Below are positions 27,773 through 42,400 of a stretch of DNA of 64,000 nt, piece after piece. Both the position numbers and the translations under genes were made by a program. The notes below the pieces were generated by a model. It worked only from the letters and a program-made list of their open reading frames with translations, ran no database searches and was not told the origin of the DNA. Numbering within the stretch: the stretch's first letter is position 1; each line of letters begins with the position of its first letter. Origin of the DNA: Phallusia mammillata (lineage: Eukaryota); contig OZ281497.1 of the NCBI GenBank assembly GCA_965637545.1, forward strand, positions 20,088,001 through 20,152,000, in the 5' to 3' direction.

Positions 27773-30700
27773 GCCACGTATTTTCTGTTACAGTTTATGG
27801 GTTTTGAAACTTAACTGTCGAAAAACAAAAACAATTGTCCAGAAAAGTGAACCCAAAAACCACTGGGCTTTTTGTTTAGATTCGATTTTTTTGTAGTCAC
27901 GAACGTAATGTTTGTCAACGGTAGATTTTCATTCAGCCAAAAACAAAATGCCCGACGGAAAAACGAAGTTTATTACATCGCTAACAAAAACTAAACTTTT
28001 AAATTACTGAAATTTAAAGTGCTTCAAACACTTCGTGTATGTTGGTATTCGTGACTGGGTGCTATGGCTCAGTGCAAATCCAAACCGCTACAAAGTCTTG
28101 TTTTTTTGCCGTGACAAACCATGACAAAACGTTGGCGAACAAGTTAGATTGATCTCCTGAAAATCTGGAACATCGACTAAGGTTACCGAGTTGTGACGTA
28201 ACAAGGGGCATTGAGAAGTGGTTTGACGTCACAGCATCAGCAGTGTTTGATTCAGAACTTTCTGGGTCGGTCAAAACACAAGAGTTGAGTGTCTGGAAAA
28301 AAGTGGACACAATTTGAAAGAGAGATAATATGTTGTCGTCGATGAGTAATCCCACATTTCTGGCGGTTTCACCAAAATTTCTTGTTTGCATACAAACTGG
28401 CTGGAGTTTTACATACAAACAGGTTGGTGTTAAGTTTAAGACAAGCACCCAGGTCGAACCTAAGTTAGGGTCAAGTTTTTGTGTTAAGGTTGCGGTGCAC
28501 CTGAATGTAAACCCATGAACCAATATAACTTAACATTTAACAGCTTCCCAACCGATTCCGATTAAATTTAGCACAAAATGTATTAATGTTTAATGTTACT
28601 TTCAACACTGATGCTATTTGTGTATGTCGTCCAATGAATAAATAATTTAAAAAGATGAAATTAAACTTTTGCGGCTGGAAAAACGTTAACCTGTTCAAAG
28701 AACCAGTTAGTTGCACAAAAAATATACCTGAATTAGTTAGTTGGGGCAATCTGGCCAAATAAACCTATGTTTGTTCTATCAGAAAGGTGTCATTTTTAAA
28801 ATCCACCTGAATTTATTTTCAGGATAAGCTTAAGATTTATTTTGGGCTGATTTCAATGGCGTAGTTGTCACACATGTATTTAGTATAGTCGGGAAATATA
28901 AAAGAGAACGTTTGGGCATTTATTATTTTCGATAGAGGACAACTTGTTTTTTGTGAGAAAGGAGAACATGTCGTCCTCCAAAAAGAGGACGCATGTTAGA
29001 TCTAGCCAATCATACATGTGGTACAATTCATGTCCAATGTTTTGCTTTGTTTCTGACACATGTAGCGCCATTAAGCTACTTTAGGTCAAGCTCATTGCGC
29101 CGTTTGGGTCCAAACCATAGTGGTGGAATACCTTTCAACATTCTTCCATACGTAACTATGTCTTCAGCTCATAAATTGTCACGTTCCCATGTGTATCAAG
29201 CTGGCAGGACACATACAGGCAATCCAACACAACAGGGCAATGATGTTTACCAACGGATAGAGCACGTTTGCCGGCCCGTCTGACGTCACAGTGCATTCCA
29301 TTTCGCGTCATAGACGATTGTGATTTTCGGGCGTCAACAAAAACAGCGTAAATCTGTGGCTTTTGGCTCCGTTTGACGATCACAACACCGTTAAAATCAG
29401 GTTTTCTATCTTTTAGGCTTACGTAACAGTAAACAACCTCAGGAAAGGCGTGCTATGACCAAAGGTAACTAATTTATTTTAAAATTTGTCGAAGATGAAA
29501 ATCACCAAACAGTTTTATTGTGTTTAACGCAGAAAACGTATAATAACATATGGAAGATACCAATGGGCCCATAGGGGTTTGTCTTTCCAACTTGATTCGT
29601 TCACCGATGCAAATATACATATTTTTTTTATTTGGTAACACTGTAGTAAACGTTCTTCTAAGTTAGGCGTTTCTTGCTGTGGCCCTTAACAGGAATGCGA
29701 CAATTGGAAGAGACTTATGTGTCGCGGGAAGCCGCCAGGCCTTTGTTTTCGATTCGAACCGGACGAAAAGGATCAGCTCAGGAATTTTGCCATCAGGGGA
29801 CATCGCGCGTCCGGCATTTCCGTTCGGTAGCGTGTGATGGCGGCCAGCCGCGCCCGCAACGCCTCTGCAATTGAGGTATTGGTCGTGGTTAGATTGGCCA
29901 GGTGATCCACAAGGTAAGACCGCGATTGTCGTGCCCTGTCGTGGAACACGCCGATTGTGACCACAGGTGTTCGGCAGGAAAGAGGGCAGGTCTGTCCGCC
30001 TTTGCCTGACAGGTGATAAGATAAACTGAAGATGACGGGCACAGGATAACAACAACCGTCGTCGATCTATTAATAGCAGCTATTAACCCTTGTGAACGAT
30101 TGTAATCAATTAAAAGCGACATTTCGGGCAAGATTTACTTGCTAATTATCGTTTGGCATATCGCACGAACAAGTTCAACTGCCCGTGAGTCATCATCCCT
30201 TAGCTGGAAAGTATATTTAATCGCACCGCAAATAACATTTAAATACCGTCAGTTGTTCGAATTCAGATCGGTGCTGGCAGGTCTGTGTTGGAGATTGGCG
30301 CTTCTCCACATCCGACGTCATGGTTGGTCACGTGACCTTGTATACGGAAGCGCGCGCAGGCCTCTCGAGATCGCATTGACGCCAAGAGGCCTTTGCGCGA
30401 CCCTGGGCCCTATGGGAAATCTTGAAGTGTGCGAACAGCCGAGTTGTGGAGGACTGCTGACAAGGCCAGGAATGTTGGGTGCTCGAAGGAGGAACGCTGC
30501 GCTGATAGGACGGGCGCCCCTTCGGCAGACGTACTTATGTGATGTTGCTCCTATACCAGTATGATGTCACCCCTCGGCTTAGCCCAACACACCGGGGCAC
30601 TGTAATGCATAATGAACACATGGCAACGACGATGATCGAAAGGTCGCTCGGGCTGAATGCAAAACCGTAAAGCCTCGAAGGCGAAAAACTTTGGTTTTTT

Positions 30701-33700
30701 GACGTACATTCTTCAAGTAGGCTATTTAATTGCAGTTTGTTTTTCGAATGTAAAATATGTGATGACAAAGGTGCTAAAAATGCATTATTATTCAGATCAT
30801 CCACAATTTAAATACAGTGGTTAATAATTATTAATATATTATAATATATCAGCTGCACAAACCTTACTTTCGCTTTAACATATATTTGCAAATCGCGCCG
30901 GTATAGCCTCAGGTTAGTCTTTCGGCCAAATACATGTGCCGTTAGGTCATTTTTTGACGATTGTTACGGTAAAATTCGCGACAGACATACAAACAATAGC
31001 GGATTTCGTGAACAGTGCTTGTCACCACAAACAAACGGAACAATCGAGAAACAAATAGCCGCACTTGGTCGAACCTCGAGTGTTATTTGCATCAACTCAT
31101 TACGGTACAGACTGAGGTGTGGCCTCTTAAACGCACAAGGCAATTAGTGGCGACACGAAAACAAAAGCCTCTTCATCAAAGAGTCAATCACAAGCGACAC
31201 CACTGAATTACAGACCAACGACTTTACGACAGTGACGTATAGCCACAAGGCTTATTCTTCAGAATGGGGCAAAATACTGTAATTGGCCGCACATCACTAT
31301 GAGGGCCCAAAGTGGATTCCATTGACATAACGGGTGGTGACGTCAGAGCTTTGAGTGCCCGTGACGTCACATCCCCTGGTGCAGCCCCCTCTTTGAATCG
31401 CCAGTATATACACGCACCCATCCGTTATGGCGCAATTACACGAATTAGTCCAAGTGGTTCGATCCTACGGTTGTAGTCTAATGGGGGAAGGCGGGAGGCG
31501 CAAGAAAGCCTGATTGTTTTATCCACCCTTCAAGTACGCCTTTTATTTCGCAGTAGAACGACGGATGCTACTTGAAAAAAGTACTCCGGGTTCATGGAAA
31601 CATTTTACCGATACCAATTATTTCAATTGTTTGAATATGAAATGCTGCTCTTTGTTTTCGTTTCCAAGGGCGTCTTCTGCCAAGACAACCATATTGCGGC
31701 TTATATGAATGCAATATATACATATGTACTTCTATTAACAAACACAGCTGGTGTTTCGATTAAGTATTACAGTGTGCGGATTTTTCTCGACTTAATTGCA
31801 ATGACGAAATGCGAAATTGTCCGGCAATGGGCAGCTCATAGCAATCCCTGCCTCTAATCCTCTCAAAGGCGTTGTAAACAGCACAATCAATCGCGGCAGT
31901 CCATATGACAAGCGAAAAACAATTCTGGCATCTCGAGAAAAGCGTCGTCTAATCTCGAGAATCTTAGACCGTCCACATATGGTGCGGGGCCTAACCTTAG
32001 AGTATTGATGTATAATCGCAGGCGTTATGATGTGTGTCATGGTATGTGTTCATCGGCAGGTGCTGAACCAGACACTCGGATAAACACGTAAATAAACCAG
32101 CGGTGAACATCCCCGCCATATACACAGATCAGATCCGCTGTAATCCGTTTAACCGATATTGCTTCTGGTGAACTTTGGAACTTTTTTCTCGGTGTAATGT
32201 GGTGACAAGTTTAATATTCATGTGTTTGTTTTTGTGTTTATTGCCAGCACGCCTCGATTCATTGTGGCCGTCTAGAATAGCGCGCCATTATTGGAAATGA
32301 GTCAATTGTGTCTAACTGTGACAAATAAACTACAACGTATCTTGCTTTTTATAACAAATTAAGCCTCAACAAACAAACATGTTGCATGAGTTTTATAACT
32401 GCTAAACAAGCTTTTTGCGTTCGAGAATGCCAAATTGATAGAAAATACCATTTAAAAATTGATTCAAAGTTTAATGAGTCGCGAAAGCGCGCTTTGACGC
32501 GTGCAATTAAAGTTAATAAACATTGCTTCAAAAAATCTATAACATTCCTAAATGACCCCTTGGAATGACATGGCCCATTTTATGTACACAACAGAGTTCT
32601 CAACAGGTCGTAATTAAATAACATCTTTGAAGTGTGTTTTCCCATGTTCTCAGAATGCGGCGAGTACAGACAACTTCCTAACGAGCTCCAGTTATGCCAG
32701 ATTATGTAATCGCAGTTAAGATAAGCGAATCTGGTCATCGCACGCACTTCCAGGTAAAATGACAACTTGTCCAACGTTAATTTGCCACTGCCTAGTCGCC
32801 TAACGAGCGAAGAATTAGCAAAGGAATGCCTTTGAGCTTTAGTGTTGGTTCTTGACAACTCAGGGGAAAATCGACCAGGACGCTATAGGCGTAATTAAAA
32901 TTAATTTTAGCCTTTTTCTCGCCAGTTTGTGCGTGTGTCCCAACATCAATGACAGCCAGCGATCATTCAATTCTCCTTAAATGCTTCAGCCGCCAAGGGT
33001 CGTATGGTTCATTACTCCCCGGAAGAAAATAACAACATAGGCGTCAAATGCGAAGCTGAGTCATCTGCACAATTGCCAATTACCAGCATGCAATATAGCA
33101 ACGAGTTAATTACTCTACAGGCCCAGTCAATGGCTTGTTTGCCACGGCCGGATGCTCGCTTTGGTCCGCCGCCATGTTGTTTTGACTTCTTGAGCTTTGA
33201 CCACAAACTCTCGCGTGCTGCTGGATCATTACGAGTGGCGTCTGGCAATAATTGTTTCAGGATCGTGACTGCTTCGTCGATAATTTGTGTATAATACGAG
33301 CAGCGTTCATCGACAGGATTAGAGTGATTTTGGAGCGGGGAATCGTAGGCAATTTGCCGCCCTTAAATATGTTTATTACGTAAGGGTTTCACTTGGCGAC
33401 CGCTCTTGCTTAGCCTCAGCTCGACTGACGCACAGTCGCAAATGGACCGCTGCGGTTGCGCCACTTTTTCGACAACATCCGTTCCAAACTAACCGCAAGA
33501 ACTGTTTGGTCGATACCACAATTGTGTTGCCATGGTGTCAGAGTGCCCAACTGAAAGGCCAACATTTAGTAGAGCAAACATCACTCCACTATGCCTTGTC
33601 TTATCTTTTTCTATAAATAAAGAGGCGACACGAATGAGCGACAAAAACATCAAAGACTTATTTTTATTTGCGAACAAGCCCACAGTGCAGTGCACGATAA

Positions 33701-36700
33701 ACTTAGACGACCTGTATCGACCTCGTGGTAACACAGCGAAGGTCAGTGCAAACGGAACCAAGGAATTTGTTTATACACGATTGGCTCATCATCATTATTT
33801 ACGAAACCGGACTTCCTCATGTCAATAAGAGCAAGAACCCCACTTCCATGCGAGCCAAGATCGATGGTCGTTTAGACTAAAGTTTATGCTTTCTAAACTC
33901 CTATGATGTAATCTTACAGGATTCTCTTAACTTTAGTCATGACAGAATGTCAAATGTGTTGTTGGGGCTGATGGAGGGCGCAGGTTAAAGTCCTTTGGCT
34001 TGTGCATTACCGTATCTAGCCACTCTATCAAGCAATACGCGCGTCAGTCGGGTCGTTTCAGTGAAAAGCCGAACGACCGCAAAGGGAACATTTTGCGCAG
34101 ATATGAGTCTCTAATGGCTGAAGTGATTTGAGCGCAACGCCCATCATACACAAGATCTTCCAATGTCCCTAATGTCGGGCGCCCTTTTTCGGTATTACTT
34201 TAACCACAGCGCTGCGCAATCTTACGGAGATTAATGACTGAAGTCCGTTTAAGTAATAGCAGTTTTGTCATCATTACCATTCTCTGCTGTTTATACCAGT
34301 TATCCAAATGTGTTGATGTTTTCGTGTTACATATCATACACAGGGATTACGTAATTCCAGCAGTCAGTTATAGCCACGTGCTATATAAATGAAATTAAAC
34401 ACAAGGTGCATATTTATTCAATACGGGTAATTTTCATGGATTCCAAAATTATCCACCGGCCAAATTGTAGGTCATATATAACGTACGTCGAGGGTGTTCC
34501 AAAATGTTGCATGTCGGTCAACTTCGCCAAGTCATTGTTTACCTTTTCGTTTGCACGACAGGTCAGGATGCGAGTGGGGATGAGCCATTTGAATGAGGAT
34601 CAACTTTCCCGGGAACGTCAATTACGCACGCACGCCCTGCTGAGCGGCAGGCAAAGACACCACATTGCGGTGTAGGACCTCATGGCGGGATCGCATGACA
34701 ACCAGCATTTGACACCCGTATCGCTTGTTTATCTATCCACGATAAACTGTCCCCGTTCCAAGGTCTCTCACGCGATTCTGGGCCGGTGTAACATCAACAA
34801 CTACGGGTTCGCCCACTCTTCGTTTTGTCACAAAGCCGCCGGTCTCAGTGATTTGTCACGCTACTCAGATTTTGCCTTGTTTTCTTCCGCGGTTTGTCCA
34901 TACTGACGTCACTAGGGGGGCTTAGATGTATCGCCTCATTATAGCAATGCACCTACAGGCAAGCGACCGCACGCGAGGGGCCGATTTGCATTTGGAGAAA
35001 CGCTTAAATTGGAGAAAATGTCCGGTAAGCCATTCATCACAATTTACATGTGAAGTAATTAGCCTCGCAGATGCAAATTTTAAGACAAACATCTGCCGCA
35101 TACCAGGTGGCATTTGTTTTCAACAAAAAAATTCCAGTAAACTCAAATGACTTCCAAATTAGTCAGTCCCGGGACGGATTGGCAACACAGTCTTCCGTGT
35201 TTGCATTGAAACGGATCTGTCTTAAGCCCTGGCGAAAACAGCAACTGTTAAAACCAAGCTTGTTTACCCCATCTGTGCAACTCGCTGGTATATAGGAATG
35301 ACGCATCACAGTACGAAATGGGCCGTGGAAAAAGGATGTGTTGACGGGAGGCTGTGGGTTCGGTGAGAATCAATGCGGAGCGACACGAAAACACGCGAGG
35401 TCGCCACCGACACTGAAAAAAGGTGAAAACCAAACAGAAGACAAACGCAAGAAACCGCGAGAACTTTCTCAATGAGCGATGGATGTTAGTAGGGCTTCGC
35501 GAGGATGGTTTGTTTACGCTACGGAACAAAAATCTGCGCTTATCCGATATCAAATCAGCCTCGGTCTATGCTCGTCGCACGCAACCTGGCGAGGCAAAAT
35601 AATAAGCAGACCTTTAGCAATGAAGGCACATGATCGGTCTTCAGTCAAAACCAATTCTGCGGGTGCTTTGTGTTCAAAGAAAAAGGCTCCCTAATGGCCC
35701 CGACGAAAATGTCTTGATAGGGATCACCTCACGTCACTCCGCTCAGGGGAAGAATACACGAATAGACTGAACTGTTGACTTGTTTACTGTAATTTTTAAG
35801 GCAATTTACTGATTAGGTTTTGTTTTTCTCTGAGCGTCTTCGCAGTTTGGCAAACTTCCATTTTAGGACAAGGGAATACATACATGAGCGATGTGAGCAC
35901 TTTTCGCGCATTGGCAAGAAATCCAATGATCTCTGTGCGTAAGCCCTATCGTTTATCATACTTCTTACCCTTGGCGATTACGTATGCTGCGCACGGAAGC
36001 CCTGGGCATTACACAAGTAGCGGTTAGCGCAGACTTTCAACCTTTAGTGGTTCTTCTCTCGTCAAACCAAACTTTCAATGTCGAGAGATAAAGTTCCAAC
36101 CAAGTTGTAAACGTGATATGATACAATCGAGAGCTCTATGAGTAAACTAGCCGCATGACAACCCAAAAAGAAGCCTTGGAGAGGGCCCTCGGGTTCACAA
36201 TGATTAAGCACCACATTTGACTGCAAACGATCTCTTGCGGTCTTTGCTTGTCATTTCCATTCTAATTCTTGGCGCAGATCTAGCTATTCTGGTGCCCTTC
36301 GGAATTGTATTGTTTGTGTGGATTGCACATTTGAATCGTGGTTTCATGACATCGGCATGAAAATATTGTATTTAATGCACACAATGGATCACTTGTTAAC
36401 ATCGCCAAGAAATCCAGGGATATATTGGGTATTTCCAGTTTACGGTAGCTTAAACTCGGTTTATTGCATTTAAACACTACGCTTTTAGTGATAAAAAAGA
36501 ACATTTCCCTTTTCCACAACTGCAGAACAATATACAAAAGATAGTCGCAATGTTTTGGGTCTGATGCTTTTTGTTCACTGGAAAAATTGGTCCATGTTTG
36601 ATGTGCATAACATTTTCTTGACAATGGTCTATTATCGTTTTTCATAAATTGCAAACCCGTCAGGTTGTGACACATCAAAGAAAGAAAAATAGAAAACAAA

Positions 36701-38870
36701 TAACCATAGGTCAAAACAGTGCGCACTGTTTGTAGCTTATCGTGCTTTGACTCGATGCTTTTAGATAAAATGAAAAAAACATGAAACAAAGGAAAACCTC
36801 AAACAAAGTTCTTCCTTATAGAAATTTATTCTTTTTCTGATGAAGGTGTGATGACTTTTATGGCTTCATTAACAGAGCTGGGAGATTACGAAAGGGGAAA
36901 CCGTGATTGGTCGATCCTACGAAGACGAACAATCACTTCGTTTGTGCCGTGGCGGCCACAGAGACCAGCCTCAGGGTGCAGTTTATTATTGTCTGTCAGG
37001 CTTCGTCCTAAGCCGACCTTGCGCTCTTGTCACGCAAGACTCAACCTCCGAAGATGGTAATTCGGGTCAGGTTATGTGCCCCGCCCGCCTCGCTGTTATT
37101 GGTCGACCCACTTTTCTCTTCCACGCAAATCAATGACATAACAGTTCGCTGTAGCGAGTTTCCGCGAGGTCTGTTCACCGATTTTACAGTCGAGCTGGGA
37201 TGACCCGGGTTTAGGCCGTATTTTGTTTAACTTAATTTAGTTTATCGGTCAAACATTTTTCAGCTACAATAAAAGAAGCCACATACATCGCTCAACAATT
37301 GACATAAAAATCTTTTTTCAGATTCTTTATCGAGGAAACACTCAAACAAGGAAGTAGATTGAAACTGAATGTTGCTTCTAACAGCAACAAACCGCCGTTT
37401 CGTGCCAAGTGCATAAAACAGCAACAAATTTACAACACAACGACATGTCTTTTGAAAGGTCGCCTATGGCAGGTCGTGGGGAGTGGCGCCCCAAAGGTCA
37501 AGTAAAAAATTCGGACAATTTTTATGCGTCTTCTCTCGGTGAGAGTAACAACACGGCGCTTGTCATAAGGTAACGTAGCGCATAGTTCGAGTCAGGCCTA
37601 AGAGAAGAAGCAGTCCTGGTTTCTTGGCAAAGCTGTTGATAAACACTTCGTCTCAAATTAGTAATCCTGCCGACAGACCGCTTCCGGCGGTGACGAAAAT
37701 GCCTAAATTCCTTCTTAAACCGCCTACGGCACCTCATTCCGTCCATTTTCTTGTTGTTTGTTTTGTGTAACTTTATTCCTGTTTACCGCAACATTATTAG
37801 GCATACAATTTATATAAATCTGAAGGTTGGTGTCGACGTTTAGGAAAAATGTGCGTCGAAAGGCATGCCTTGTTGCTCATCATAGGGCACTGTGCATCAT
37901 TTCATTTGTACAGTTCTCAAAAATCTTGCCAAGAAAAACTGAAAAACGCTAGTCTCACACGAGTTTACTTTCTAATATAGACCAATACGGAAAGTTCCAT
38001 TTATCATACGCATAAATATTCCGAAGGAGGCCCAACATTTAATCAAATCTGTTTTGGCTGCGGTAACGAACCTCAGGTCCAATTTACTTTCACGGCTTGT
38101 TATTCGATTTGCACGGCCGAATATTGTGACGTGTTTGTATTTAGATTGACGGGGTGTTTTGCACGAAAACGAGGTCCAAGGTAGGGCAGATCGCCTTTTA
38201 AGCATCCAAAGTTAAAACGTTGTTTCCGTCAAATTCAAAAACATGTGACACGGGTTAATCGAAGCGTGACCACTTTCTCCTTGCCTACGTACATCCGGCA
38301 ACATTTAGTCGTTAAAACTCATCTCGAAGTTAAACTACATCGTTTCAGTTGTCAATATCACGTGACATTGTACTCGGTTAACCTTCACAGCTGCTGTTGT
38401 GGTCACGTTTGCAGCAAAATTACGATTAGGCTAAGGTCAGGTGTTTCATTTCCTAAATCGCTTTAGTCGGCGAAGCTCAGCTGAAAACAGGATATATAAG
38501 TGCACGTTATGACAACAAACAGACTTGCTTCACTTTGCCGAAAAAACATATTGATCGTGTTGTTATTCAGATGCTATGTCATTTTTCAGTTATTCTGAAT
38601 GTACTGAAATTAAGCTTTCAAAAATTGTGTATTATGAAAGGAATATTATAAAAGGAAGTAAATTTTAGCCCTATTATTTACCAACAGTTTTCATTGTAAC
38701 CTGAATAGAATACATCATGAGTATATAAAGTACCTCTATGGTGCTGTCTTTTTGTATTTTTAACATTATCTGAATCTTTCCTGAAGCATTTTCTACTTGT
38801 AGCTCACTGTCCGCATATCAGCTGTCAACTTGTACGATACTCAGCAGAACAACAGATTTCGTTGTAATAA

Positions 38871-38876
38871 TTTATT
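38871..38876 (-). terminator. Candidate polyadenylation signal for DUSP6
   Basis: AATAAA on the minus strand about 565 nt downstream of the stop codon. Confidence 0.4.
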
Positions 38877-39439
38877 CGTTCAAATTGCAAGTGGCGGCGG
38901 ACAGATAAATGCATTGCGAGTAGTAGAATCGTCGTTCAGCGTTAGAGCTTCGGTGACTATACAAGAGCGCATTGACATTTAGCATGGCACAGTATACAAA
39001 GCACAAGAACATGTGGGCCAACGGGACCCAGGGGTTTACTTCGTCCGGAATGCGACCGCAAACCGGGTTGTGTATTAAATCAACGTCCACTACTTGCGGC
39101 TCGTCTAGACGTGTCACAAATCTACGAAATCGAACTGGGGAATATACTTCTTGCACGTTTCAAATGCTTTTAAAACGGGTCGCGGCACGTAAAGGTACAG
39201 GTTCGACGTGGAATAAAACCAATCGGTCGTGCGGGGCTACAGACAGACAGGCGTGGCGAGGAACTACATTTTCACTCGGCTAAGCTCAGTTCAAGGCACA
39301 TAGTCGCTGGCACCTTCCAGGACTTTTTCGACGGACACAGAGATCGCTACCTGCGCGACCTCTGGCCAATTTCCCATCCAGGGAGTTCTCGAGCGTTGTC
39401 ACAATGCAGAGTAGAAGCCTGCTTTTGCGATTGTGGACT

Positions 39440-42400
39440 TTACGCAAGCGGGGTCGGCAAGATGAAGGCGGTGCGTTGCTCCATCCCCTTGTTGCCTTTG
39501 GTGCGCACAGGTAGCGTAAGCGTGGGGGTTGGTGGAGGCGGAGACGTAAAAAAGAGGGTCGGTTGGGAGTTTGGACTTGACGGGGAATCAGGTCCGTCTT
39601 GCGGGGAAGCAGACTCTCCAAGACCGAGGGTCTTCTCGAAGTCAAGAAGTTGACCCATGAAGTTAAAGTTGGGGGAGACATTGCTCTTTCTTTGCTTGAC
39701 AAAGTCGTAAGCGTCGTTCAAGGTCCAGCTTCTCTTTTGCATGAGATAAGCGACGGTGACGGTCACAGAGCGACTGATGCCAGCAAGACAGTGAACAAGC
39801 ACACCGCAATTTTTGGATCGAGCCTCGTCTGTAAAAGAAAACAAAACTGTCAATTGCTATTGAAGTACAGGGCTGAAGTATTAGACATAGCGTGTATGCA
39901 AGTCTGATTCATCGGCTTAACTATCTTATGAAAACAAATCAGCCAACGCCGTTTCCTCTGCATCAAGAGGGAAATGGAGTTATGATGACCCTTATCGTTC
40001 GTTTCTCGTTTTATTCCACAAACAGCCAGCGGCGGAAAACAGCATTCACGCGTCTGTGCCTTTGCACGCCATCCTGGTTTGCTCAAATAAACACACAACC
40101 AGCCACCAACACAGGGGCTCGCGCTTGCCGACCGTTTATCTGCGGATTACTGTCGAAGGTGCGCCCCCAATTACCAGCTGCCCTATATCGCTACTTCGCC
40201 TGAACACACTTAGCTCATGTTTTAGGGGAGTTAATAGCCCGCCCATCTTCATTTTCACGAAGGTCAATCAGCAATATCTTGGTGGGATATTATGTGCGGT
40301 GTTTCCCGTCCGGAGCCGATTACTCTCACCAGGGGTCGGAAATTGACATTTCGTTCTCACGCAAGCGCCCACAATTTTACGCCTTCGCCTGGTCGGTTTC
40401 TCTTCACTCGCCGTTGCCATGACAGATGCAAAAATACTTCAGCGACGTCGAGCGCGTCTAATCATAAGCCAAGCTGTCCTGACTTCGGGTCATTGGCAGT
40501 CGATTGCTTCCCGGCGGAGTTCGGAACTGCAAGCGACTTATCGCTTTCGCGAGGCCTCCTGGTGCCTTTGTGGCGCTTTTGTGGGGAACAATAGCCGAAA
40601 TGAAATTGCAGCGGGTCGACACAGTTTTTCAGAACGGGCGACCGGAGGCTGCAAGCAGCGATAACCGTGGGAAAGAGAATGAACGCGGTCCGAATTGGAA
40701 ATTGAACCTGACGTCGGTTTGATTTCTATTGGGAAAGCGAAAGCCTGCCGACGGCGCGTTACGCATCATCGCACCCCGGTCGCCGGGCACCTCAAAATAC
40801 AAGACTTTATTTACAAAACGCGGCGTCACTAAATACAGAGGTCGCTACTAGTTTGTCCTTACACGGGGATAAAGAGAATTGCGGGTTTCGCAGTCTGACA
40901 CAATGGCCAACTGCCGAGCGTTCTGTTGTCAGTACAAACTCGCTAAGTTTGCGATAGCTGCACGCGAGTCCTTTCATGGCACTATTTTTAAACGCCTTGC
41001 ATTATTTTCGTATCGGCGCGACTCCCACGGCTCTAACACGCGATTCAGGATCGAGGAATTTAAAATGGAAACTTGGCGCCCAGAGACTTCTATTTTGACG
41101 CATTACTTTTCACCTCACAGTCCCAATTGACTTGTCAAGTCCCGCGAGACACACTTCGCAATGTATTCACGAGGCAAAGGCGTGATGCTTGTAGTGATAA
41201 TGACGTCAAAGCATCGCGCCAAGGAACAACAACATTCCTTTTGCGTCGCTCAAATCCAGTTACATCCGGGACAACAGTGTGACCTTAGTTCGTTTTCAGG
41301 AATCCCGCAGCTTCTCTGGTTGGATTTAGACGATTTAACGCGTTCAATCGAGGCCATGAATTTTGTGCGAGTGCGGATTTGAGCTTTGATTACGTCAATG
41401 CTGCTAATCGGCTCATAGCAATTGGGCCGTCGGCACAAAAGGGCGTATGTGGAGTAAGAAACCGGAAAAAGAACGGGTTATGATAATCACATGCAATTTC
41501 CATCGCAGTGGGCGTGCTCCTCCCGACCACAACCTCAGTCTATATTTATCAAAATATTTCGCTCGGCTCACCGAAGTAATATGCGCTTAGATACTGAGCC
41601 GGACGCTTAATTGCTAGTGCTGAGCAGCGGTTTTCAAGTGGTGTAAGGTACGGAGTGGTACCGAGCGATTCACTGTGGTTTTGGCGGCGTCTTAAGTCGC
41701 TTGTTGTTGTGGGCTTTTCCTAAACACAACACGCTATGTGGCCGGTCACCATAAAGATCCGTGTGGAAAACACCTGATCTCACTACGCTTGGTGAGCCCG
41801 ATTTTAAAACCAAACCGTCAAATTTTGTTTTGTACACTCATCACTAGGGCGAAAGTTATCCGTTTTGTTAATTCAATTACCTAATCCGGTCCCTTTCTCA
41901 CGGGCGCTGAGGTGGACAAAACCTGTTTTTCTGGCCCATTATGTCATTGAGCGTCACGGCCGGAAAAAAACGGAAGACTGCCATTCAGCGAGTCGGCCAG
42001 TTCGCTTTGCGTCTTTTGTGTTGTTGTGGTGCCTATTGTGTTGGCGCAGGAACGATCACTGAAATGAATTAGGGAGCGTTTCGTCGCGCTAGCCAGGTGC
42101 TAGTTGGGTTTACTTCGGCGAAAAACCGTCTAGAGACTCGCAACCCACGCAAACTGTACACAAATACGGCGAGGCTGTTTACTTGAATCAATTCCCTCTA
42201 ATCTTCGTCACACAAGAGACTTGCGCGCCTCGGGCATTTCTGCAGCAGATCGTTTGTCTCGCACTCTTGTGTGATTGTCAAAGGCCAAACGACCGCACAT
42301 GTCGCACTAAAGTATGAGAAACCGCCAGCAATTTGCCGTGGGCGCTCTAACGTACAGGAAACGACAGTGGCTGATGTTTTCATTCTCCTAATAGCGCTTG

